22,737 nt of DNA from an uncultured archaeon. Its GTDB lineage: Archaea; Asgardarchaeota; Heimdallarchaeia; Heimdallarchaeales; Heimdallarchaeaceae. A model generated the notes under the pieces. It was not told where the DNA came from. It worked only from the letters and a program-made list of their open reading frames with translations, and did no database searches. Shown piece by piece: positions 7,800-15,413 of this stretch (the first letter of the stretch is position 1; each line of letters starts with the position of its first letter). Made by a program: the position numbers and the translations under genes. The DNA lies in the NCBI GenBank assembly GCA_964549075.1, contig CAZJUB010000015.1, positions 24,687 through 47,423 on the forward strand, in the 5' to 3' direction.

Positions 7800-10766
7800 A
7801 TGAGTCTTGCTTATTTAAGTCAAAAAGAATTGATAGATATTGCTAATCTAGTTTATCTTTCATTAGATACAGACTTTAATATTGAAATGATTAATCAGAA
7901 GGGTTGCGATTTATTTGGATTTACTGAAGATGAGATAATCGGAAAAAATTGGTTTGATACTTTTTTTCAGAAAAAAACAGCAAAAGAGCTCAAACAGAAG
8001 TACAGAAAGTTAATCAATGTAAAAGAAAAGCAAGAAACTCTAAGAGTAGATCAAATTTATACAAAGTCAAGAGAGTTAAAAACAATCTCTTGGAAATGCA
8101 GAACTATCCAAAACGAAAATGGAGACGTTATAGGATTATATAGTTCAGTTGATGATACTACTAAACAGGTTACTTTAGAAAAAATCATCAAACAAACTGA
8201 AGAAAAGTACAATACTTTATTCGAAATTTCTGGAACAGCAATAGGGATAGCTAATCTACAAGGATTTTACACCTTAGTAAATTCGAATTTTGAAAAAATC
8301 ACCGGTTTTGAAAAAAATGAAATTATAGATAAGAAACATTGGAAAGAATTTATTCCAAAGAGTGAATATTCATGTTTAGAAGAAATAAAAGATGTTATTA
8401 ATAAAGATGAAGATTATTCTGCTCAATATGAATCTAAAATAATAACAAAAAGCAGTGAAATAAGAAATGTAATCATAAATATTGAATATATTTCCAAACA
8501 GCGAGAAATTATTACTGTTTTTTCAGATATAACTGAATTAAAGAAAAAAGAACAATTAGCTAGAGAGAGTGAAGAAAAGTATAAGAAATTAGTTGAAGTA
8601 ATACCAGAAGCAATTATTCTAAGTGATCTAGAAGGGGAGATATTATATGCAAATAATAATGCAGCAAAGATTTTCAGCTTTAACAGATTAGTTGACTTTG
8701 AAAGATTAAATATTAAATATCTCTTCCATGAAAATTCAATAAACAAGTATGAAAAAAATTTAGCTGATATTCTGCATGAAAATGAAATAGATTATACTGA
8801 ATACCAAATGATAAGGAAAAATGGAATAAAGTTTCCTTTAGAAGTAAAGCTGAAGCTTATTACAGATATAAATAATACACCTATAGCTATTATGACTATT
8901 GGAAGAGATTTAACAGAAGAAAAGAAACTTGAGCAAGAATTAAAAGAAAAAGAAAGATTGTCTAATAATATTCTGGACAATTCATTTCAATTAACATGGT
9001 TATTACTTCCTCAAGGTAATATAATTAATGTAAATAAAACTGCACTTGATTTTGTTAATGTTAAAGAAGAAGATGTAATAGGTGTTCCAATCTGGGAAAC
9101 TTCTTGGTGGTCAAGTTCTGTACATGAACAAGACAAAATGATGGAAGCAGTTGATAAAGCTGCAAAGGGTAATATAGTAAAAGATGAGTTGTTAATTATT
9201 GATAAAGAAGACAACATAAGAACCATATCCTTTTCACTTAAACCTTTACATAATCAAGAGGGAAAAATAACATATTTAATCTCAGAGGGACAAGATATAA
9301 CTGAAAAGAAAATTGCAGAAAATAACTTAAAGGCATCTGAAGTTCTATATAAAACTCTATTTGAAAATACAGGAACAGGCGTATTTCTCGCTGATGATGA
9401 CTATACTATTTTATTGTGTAATAATAGTTTTGAGAAGATGTGTGGATATTCTGAGAAAGAACTTCAAGGAAAAGTAAAATTAATGCAATTAATAAAAGAA
9501 GAAGAACAAGTAGAATTCTTTGAAATACTGAATAATCGTTCTACTAAAAAATGTCCAGCTATTAACTATGAAACTATTATGAAAACGAGAGATGGGGAAC
9601 TAATACATGTTTTAATTTCCATTTGTGAGATTCCAAAAACAAAACAAACAATTGTATCTGTTTTAGACATAACCGAAAGAAAACTCTTGGAAGGTAAACA
9701 AAAACGAAGTGAAAATAAATTAAAATATTTAGTAGAAAATATGCCTATAGCAATTTCAATCTTATCTCAAAGTTTTGGCATAGTTTCTGTAAATTCTGCA
9801 TATTGGAAATTGTTTGGATATAACTCGAAGAATGAATATTTAGTGAGTGACAATAATGATTTTTGGATTGATACAAATAGAAAAAACAAATTGTTTGAAA
9901 TGATACAAGAAAAGAATTTCATTAGGAATTTTGAAACAAAATTACAAAAAAAAGATAAATCAAGTTTTTGGGCATCAATTTCGTTAATTAGTTTTAAAGA
10001 TATTATAGGTGAGATTTCTTATTTTCAAATAATCGAGGATATTTCAACCAAAAAGAAGTTAGAAGAAAAACTCATCTACAACAAATTAGACTATAAGATA
10101 GAAGAAGCACATATCTATATGATAGAAGAGGAAAGAGCTTTTCATTCTAAAGAAATATTTGAAGATTTATTAAAGGTCGGTTATAACGGCATTTATTTTT
10201 CAAGAGAAATAGAAAAACAACTGAGAAACGACCTTAATAAGAATTGTATCTACTATAAATTTTCAGAAAAAGGAAGTGGTAATATTGTACCACCAAACCT
10301 TAAGAAAATAGAACAAATAATAGAAAAACTTCCAAATAGATGTGTTGTTTTTATTGATAGATTAGATTATTTAATTCAAAAAAATGGCTTTGAATCTACT
10401 TTATTCTTCATTTATAAGCTAATGGATATTGTTTTTCTAAACAACAACATAATACTTGTTTCTGTTGATACTACTACTATGAATCCACAAGAAAAGAAGT
10501 TGCTTGAAAAAGAGCTAAAACAACTCAATAACCATAAAGAAGAACTTCTTCCAGAAGAGCATTATCAACTATTAAAATTCATTTATCAGACTAATATAAC
10601 AGGCTCAAAGCCGACTATATCTGATATAATAACGAAACTTAAAATTAGTCGTCCAACAGCAAGAAAGAGAATAGTCCAATTAATGAATAAAGATTTCATA
10701 GTAGAAAAAACCAGTGGTAGAAGTAAGCTTATTGAGATTACACCAAAAGGTAAATCAGTTTTTTAA
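7800..10766 (+). CDS. One-component regulator: six PAS domains, DUF835 (inactivated KaiC/RecA-like) domain, C-terminal winged HTH
   Basis: Six PAS/PAC units end in DDTT, DITE, DLTE, DITE, DITE and DIST. DUF835-like VVFIDRLDYLIQKNGFESTLFFIYKLMD...LLEKEL lies at about 10090-10530. The wHTH reads PTISDIITKLKISRPTARKRIVQL...GRSKLIEITPKG. Upstream GGAGG. Confidence 0.9.
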   Translation: MSLAYLSQKELIDIANLVYLSLDTDFNIEMINQKGCDLFGFTEDEIIGKNWFDTFFQKKTAKELKQKYRKLINVKEKQETLRVDQIYTKSRELKTISWKCRTIQNENGDVIGLYSSVDDTTKQVTLEKIIKQTEEKYNTLFEISGTAIGIANLQGFYTLVNSNFEKITGFEKNEIIDKKHWKEFIPKSEYSCLEEIKDVINKDEDYSAQYESKIITKSSEIRNVIINIEYISKQREIITVFSDITELKKKEQLARESEEKYKKLVEVIPEAIILSDLEGEILYANNNAAKIFSFNRLVDFERLNIKYLFHENSINKYEKNLADILHENEIDYTEYQMIRKNGIKFPLEVKLKLITDINNTPIAIMTIGRDLTEEKKLEQELKEKERLSNNILDNSFQLTWLLLPQGNIINVNKTALDFVNVKEEDVIGVPIWETSWWSSSVHEQDKMMEAVDKAAKGNIVKDELLIIDKEDNIRTISFSLKPLHNQEGKITYLISEGQDITEKKIAENNLKASEVLYKTLFENTGTGVFLADDDYTILLCNNSFEKMCGYSEKELQGKVKLMQLIKEEEQVEFFEILNNRSTKKCPAINYETIMKTRDGELIHVLISICEIPKTKQTIVSVLDITERKLLEGKQKRSENKLKYLVENMPIAISILSQSFGIVSVNSAYWKLFGYNSKNEYLVSDNNDFWIDTNRKNKLFEMIQEKNFIRNFETKLQKKDKSSFWASISLISFKDIIGEISYFQIIEDISTKKKLEEKLIYNKLDYKIEEAHIYMIEEERAFHSKEIFEDLLKVGYNGIYFSREIEKQLRNDLNKNCIYYKFSEKGSGNIVPPNLKKIEQIIEKLPNRCVVFIDRLDYLIQKNGFESTLFFIYKLMDIVFLNNNIILVSVDTTTMNPQEKKLLEKELKQLNNHKEELLPEEHYQLLKFIYQTNITGSKPTISDIITKLKISRPTARKRIVQLMNKDFIVEKTSGRSKLIEITPKGKSVF

Positions 10767-11147
10767 CTTTTCATATTTTTCTATTTTTTTTATAATAATT
10801 TACGAAATAAATTAAATTATTTAGTATTATATAAACTTGAAAATGATTATTGTAGTTTTAGTTGTGAAGATATTTTTCATTCTTTGTATAAATTTAAAAG
10901 AAATATTAATAGAAAAGAAAAATTTACAGAATGACAAAATACGATCAATTCATTCACGCTATAAATATATATTAAATAGCTTGAAGACATTTATTTTATT
11001 TAAGATAGAAATACAAGAATTCACTAAACGTACTTTTCCTTCTGAAATAAGAGATATTAATTTTAACAAATTCTACACAACCATTGAACTTCCTGAGATT
11101 CGCATTCTGTCTAAAAACATTATAATCCATGAGAAATGGGGAAAAAA

Positions 11148-11603
11148 ATGAAAGAGAATAAAAACAAGCTAAAAATAACAGACAATTTAAATTCACTAGA
11201 ACAAGTCGAAACTGCTGTTATTAAAAAGAAAATCAAGAAGAATAGAATTTTACTAGTTGAAAATGATGAAGATAACAAGTTTATAATTAAGTTTATTCTT
11301 GGTAAATATGATTTTGAAGTTGTTTCAGCTTCTAGTGGTTCTACTGCTTTAGATCTTGTTGATAAGTCTTTTAGTATAGCAATAATAAATAACAATATTC
11401 CAGATATTGGAGATACTAAATTATTCACCAATCTAAAATCAATAAATTCGAATATTGATTTAATTGTCATTAGTGATGGATACAATAGAGAGATTTCAGA
11501 AGATATAGTTATTATAAAAAAACCAATATCAGCTATCAAATTGTTAAGTGCAATAGAACGAATAGTTACAAGAAAAAAGTATACTAGACATGTTAAAATC
11601 TAA
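11148..11603 (+). CDS. Atypical (pseudo-)receiver domain protein lacking the phosphoacceptor Asp
   Basis: Motifs ILLVEND, SSGSTALD, IAIINNNIPD (Asn in place of Asp at 11388-11390), IVIS and IIKKPI. The start is ATG 11148 or 11136. Confidence 0.85.
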   Translation: MKENKNKLKITDNLNSLEQVETAVIKKKIKKNRILLVENDEDNKFIIKFILGKYDFEVVSASSGSTALDLVDKSFSIAIINNNIPDIGDTKLFTNLKSINSNIDLIVISDGYNREISEDIVIIKKPISAIKLLSAIERIVTRKKYTRHVKI

Positions 11604-11620
11604 ATTAAAATGGGGAGTTT

Positions 11621-12559
11621 ATGACATTAACAAAATATTTATCGTTTGATAAAAGTGGGATTCCTATTACAATTGTAGGATTACCTCAAGCAGGTAAAAC
11701 AACATTCGTAAATAGAATGAAGACAGGAACATTTACAATTCCAAATCCAACAACAGGTATGCATTTCGAGAGAATAAACATTCAAGATATTCATTTTGAT
11801 ATATTTGATTTAGGAGGACATGAAATTTATCGTAAAACAATTTGGGAAAGTTATATAAAATTAAGTTATGGAATTATTTTTATCATCGATTCTGCTAACG
11901 AAAGCATCCTAGAAGAAGTAAAGAAAGAATTTTGGAGATGCATAAGTATCAAAGAAAAAGATGAAGAATTTCTTTTGCTCTTTTTGTGTAATAAATCAGA
12001 TCTTGAAAAAAGTATGAATTTGGAAATTTTGGTGAAGAAACTGGAATTATATAAATTAGCACAAATACCAAATTTAACTTATCAATTTTTCAAAGTAAGT
12101 ATGAAAACTGGAGAACACTATGAGTATATCATGAATTGGTTGCACAATAAAACAGAGAAAATAACTTCAAAAAGGAAAATTACTCCATTAATGATTCTCA
12201 TAGCTCAAAAAAGTGGATTATTTATATTAAGCATAGATAAACTAGAGAACAAACAAGATCCGAATCTTGTTTCAGGATTTCTTTCTGCTGTTGAAGGATT
12301 TACAAGAGAAGTGTTTAGAAATGAAGGTTTTTTACAATTTATATTAGAAGAAAATCACAAATATATCATTTCAGCTAAAGAAGAAAACATCTATGCGATA
12401 TTGATTGATAGAGATGATTCACAAGAAGAAGCAAGAAGAATTATAGAAATTATTGATAAATATTACGAGAAAACTAAGAATTACGAATCTTTAGAACAAT
12501 ATATACTACAGATTTTTAGACTAGATATTAAATATTACAACATATCTAGAGCATATTAA
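11621..12559 (+). CDS. Arf/Sar1-like small GTPase with C-terminal longin/roadblock-like domain (paralog 3)
   Basis: GLPQAGKT, PTTG, DLGGH, NKSD, SMK. The tail has MILIAQKSGLFILS...DPNLVSGFLSAVEGFTREVF, a typical longin/roadblock-type helix. GGAG RBS. Confidence 0.93.
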   Translation: MTLTKYLSFDKSGIPITIVGLPQAGKTTFVNRMKTGTFTIPNPTTGMHFERINIQDIHFDIFDLGGHEIYRKTIWESYIKLSYGIIFIIDSANESILEEVKKEFWRCISIKEKDEEFLLLFLCNKSDLEKSMNLEILVKKLELYKLAQIPNLTYQFFKVSMKTGEHYEYIMNWLHNKTEKITSKRKITPLMILIAQKSGLFILSIDKLENKQDPNLVSGFLSAVEGFTREVFRNEGFLQFILEENHKYIISAKEENIYAILIDRDDSQEEARRIIEIIDKYYEKTKNYESLEQYILQIFRLDIKYYNISRAY

Positions 12560-12619
12560 TTGTATTTAGAACTGTTTCCAAAATCAAGAATTTCAAAAAA
12601 CCGATATAATTTCTATTTT

Positions 12620-12650
12620 TTTACATATTTTTCTATTTACTTTTCAAAAT
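12620..12650 (+). promoter_or_regulatory. Candidate shared upstream element (copy of 7487-7516), or T-rich terminator of paralog 3
   Basis: TTTACATATTTTTCTATTTACTTTTCAAAAT, ending about 77 nt before ATG 12727. Confidence 0.3.
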
Positions 12651-12726
12651 AAGTAAAAAGATTCAATTCAATTTCAACAAGATAATTTAGTTTGATTTAT
12701 TCAAACAAATATTTAGTGGTGGGTTG

Positions 12727-13644
12727 ATGAATAAAAAGGGAAGTCCAATAAATGTTGTGATACTTGGTTTAGAAAATGCAGGAAAAACTACTCTCTTGAA
12801 TCATATAGCAGGTTATGAATTCACTGAAACACTAACTACAATAGGAGTCAATGTAGAATTAATTAACTATAGAGGAGTAAATTTCCAAGCGATAGATATT
12901 GGAGGTCAGCTGATTTTTCGAGAGAACTTATGGGGTCATTATGCTACTTTAGCAAAAGGAGTCATCTTTATTTTCGATATTTTTGAAAAAAGTAAGATTA
13001 ATGAAGCAAAGATATGGTTTGAGTATATTCAGAATTGGATCGCTGAGGATGCTAAGCTGATTTTTATTGCTAATAAAATAGATCTAAAAGAAGATAATGA
13101 TAGTTTTTTATCACTTGAAGAGATAATACAAGCTTTTCAATTAGAGAAATTAGCAAAATTTCCTAAAAGAAGTTTTAGAATCTTCGAAGTATCAGCTAAA
13201 ACTGGTAAAAATGTTAAAAATGCGATTACTTGGTTTTTTGAAAAAATCCTTGATAATATTAAAACTGAAAAAAATGTTTCATTTATATATGTATTAGATA
13301 ATGAAAATAATCTTGTTTATTGTAATAATTTAGTTGAAAATGATGAAGTTAATGAAGATTCGCAATTAATCTTTGAAACAATTAAAAATATGAAAGAAAT
13401 GAAAATTAAGCAAAATCTTTTATCTACCAACAATCAAATAATCAATATTGTCGTTGAGAAGAATTTTAGTGTGGTTATTGGGTCTAAGCAAGATATTTCT
13501 AAATATGAATTGACTACAGCTACAAACTCAATTTCAGCAATGATAAAAACTCACTATTTACCAATAAACAAACACGTAGAGGAATTACATGATGTAGTGA
13601 ATACCGCATTTATGAGAAGTTTAACAGAAAAACAAGGTGAATAA
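12727..13644 (+). CDS. Arf-like small GTPase with C-terminal longin/roadblock-like domain (paralog 4)
   Basis: GLENAGKT, TTIG, DIGGQ (the only paralog with the Arf-type Gln), NKID, SAK. Upstream GGTGGG; TTG 12724 is an alternative start. Confidence 0.93.
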   Translation: MNKKGSPINVVILGLENAGKTTLLNHIAGYEFTETLTTIGVNVELINYRGVNFQAIDIGGQLIFRENLWGHYATLAKGVIFIFDIFEKSKINEAKIWFEYIQNWIAEDAKLIFIANKIDLKEDNDSFLSLEEIIQAFQLEKLAKFPKRSFRIFEVSAKTGKNVKNAITWFFEKILDNIKTEKNVSFIYVLDNENNLVYCNNLVENDEVNEDSQLIFETIKNMKEMKIKQNLLSTNNQIINIVVEKNFSVVIGSKQDISKYELTTATNSISAMIKTHYLPINKHVEELHDVVNTAFMRSLTEKQGE

Positions 13645-14604
13645 ATGGTTAGAACTACTATTGCTATTACAGGTCTTCAAAATGCTGGAAAAACATCCTT
13701 CTCTCAAAGATTAGTCTCTGGAGCATATATATTGTCTCAACCAACATATGGTGTAGATGTAGAATTTACACAATATAGAGGAGTACCAATACAAATTTGG
13801 GATATGGGGGGTCATGCTTCATTTAGAAAACATATCTGGCAGAATTATGTAGAACAATCCTCAGCATTAATTTTCATTTTTGATGCAAGTGATTTAAGTA
13901 AAATGGAGGAAAGTGCTGAATGGTTTTGGAACAGTTATGCTTGGATAGCAGAGAAACAAATCCCAATTTTATTTCTAGCAAATAAGTGGGACTTAGTAAA
14001 GGAAACAGAAGAAACAATAGACAAAATAGTATCAGGATTTAATTTGAAAAAAATATCAGAAAAAGCTTTAGAAACACCTTTTAGATTCTTTTTTGTTTCA
14101 GTAAAAACTGGAGCATTTATATCAGAAGCTATGAATTGGTTAATTGGAAAGAGTTTAAATCAATCTAAAGATCAAAAACGAGAAGTTATTTCATTTGATT
14201 TATTCATAAAAATTGATAATTATATAGCTCACTTGCATGATAACACAGATAAAAGAAATATGGTTGCAAAACTTATAAACACCTATAAAGAAAAATGGTC
14301 TTCTACAATGGATTCACTTATTGATGTTTTGGAGGAAATTGTTTTTGAAAAATATAGGGTTTTGTTTATTTCTTATAAAAATAAAGCAATTGTAATTTCA
14401 TCAAAAAGAGAATTTCTAGATCAATCTGTTTTTAAAAACCTAGTACAGGATATTTCTCTTTCTAAATTCAATGATAACATAAATGGTTTTTATAATCTTT
14501 TTGAAGAAACAAAATCTGAATTAGAAAAATACTTTCAGGTAGAGATTGCATCATCATTAAGTTGTGATGTCTCAGATGTAACAACTAGTCAATTTACCAA
14601 TTAG
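13645..14604 (+). CDS. Arf/Sar1-like small GTPase with divergent C-terminal domain (paralog 5)
   Basis: GLQNAGKT, PTYG, DMGGH, NKWD, SVK. The ATG directly abuts the paralog 4 stop, with a GGTGA-ataa-ATG RBS, consistent with translational coupling. Confidence 0.92.
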   Translation: MVRTTIAITGLQNAGKTSFSQRLVSGAYILSQPTYGVDVEFTQYRGVPIQIWDMGGHASFRKHIWQNYVEQSSALIFIFDASDLSKMEESAEWFWNSYAWIAEKQIPILFLANKWDLVKETEETIDKIVSGFNLKKISEKALETPFRFFFVSVKTGAFISEAMNWLIGKSLNQSKDQKREVISFDLFIKIDNYIAHLHDNTDKRNMVAKLINTYKEKWSSTMDSLIDVLEEIVFEKYRVLFISYKNKAIVISSKREFLDQSVFKNLVQDISLSKFNDNINGFYNLFEETKSELEKYFQVEIASSLSCDVSDVTTSQFTN

Positions 14605-14634
14605 ATTAATTCTTTTCTTTGTCGAAATTTCAAG

Positions 14635-14880
14635 TTATTCTAGAGTTCTAAGAATGACATCAACTGTAAAACCATACTTCTTTTCAATTTGTGTTATAAT
14701 CAATTCTTTAATCTCAGAAGCATCATTAACTGCAGTTTTGAAAATCACATTCCCACTCTGAATATAAGTTTGTACTTGATCAAAACCTAATGATTCAAAG
14801 ACAGTTTTAAGTTCGCCCATTTTAATTTTCTTCTGACCACTTACATTTATTCATCTTAACATCGATATGAAGACAGTCAT
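14635..14880 (-). pseudogene. DUF1697-family pseudogene (internal stop, truncated)
   Basis: Reads MTVFISMLR*INVSGQKKIKMGELKTVFESLGFDQVQTYIQSGNVIF..., matching the family motifs LRGINV and TYIQSGN. TGA at 14851-14853 replaces Gly. The frame ends after about 81 codons at RTLE*. Confidence 0.85.
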
Positions 14881-15011
14881 ATGAAAAAGATATCAGAAAA
14901 AAGTTAAAAGATTTCGATTTGACTAAATAAAACACAATTTACATTCTGTAGTTAATCAAACACCCAAGAAACATTAAAAAGTAGTTTCACCTATATTTTA
15001 ATGGTGATAAA

Positions 15012-15260
15012 ACGAGTCAAGAGAAGGTAGCTTCTGTTTTCAAATTCTATGTAAAACCATGTGTTGCTGCATTGGAAGTTGAAGGAGACATAAAAATTGG
15101 TGATAAACTACTTTTCAAAGGTGCAACAACAGATTTTGAGATGACTGTAGCATCAATGCAAATTGAAGGAAAAGATGTTGAAGCAGTTACAAAAGGACAG
15201 CAAGTTGGCATTAAAACACCAGAAAGAGTTCGTCCAGGTGATGATGTTTTTAAGGTATAA
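15012..15260 (+). CDS. Small beta-barrel protein (U32-peptidase C-terminal / translation-factor-like domain), apparent ACG start
   Basis: Reads (T/M)SQEKVASVFKFYVKPCVAALEVEGDIKIGDKLLFKGATTDFEMTVASMQIEGKDVEAVTKGQQVGIKTPERVRPGDDVFKV. Family-like sequence extends 20 codons upstream of the track start (TTG 15072) to ACG 15012, behind GGTGA-taaa. Confidence 0.8.
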   Translation, partial: TSQEKVASVFKFYVKPCVAALEVEGDIKIGDKLLFKGATTDFEMTVASMQIEGKDVEAVTKGQQVGIKTPERVRPGDDVFKV

Positions 15261-15413
15261 TCTACACAAACAAGATTCTAATTACCAAGAAGGTATATAC
15301 GACTTGAATATCGTTATTCACATTTTTGTACTCCAGCTCAATCTCTTTTAAGAGAGCTGAAGAGCTACTATGATATTAATTTATAACAAAAAAGAAAAAG
15401 AGGAAGTTGGTTA

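Noticed and set aside
7795-7803. ATG-AAA-TGA mini-ORF overlapping the 6xPAS start
   Set aside because: The first ATG is only 1 nt from the G-rich RBS while ATG 7800 has normal spacing, so this is easily chance.
10837-11151. 104-aa ORF between the 6xPAS gene and the pseudo-receiver
   Set aside because: TTG start without RBS, AT-rich low-information sequence and no domain. A degraded gene remnant cannot be fully excluded.
14851-14853. TGA-to-Gly recoding (genetic code 25-like) or selenocysteine in the DUF1697 gene
   Set aside because: TGA ends ordinary full-length genes here (1211-1213, 1304-1306, 21274-21276), the position is a conserved Gly rather than Cys, and the gene is also truncated by TAA.
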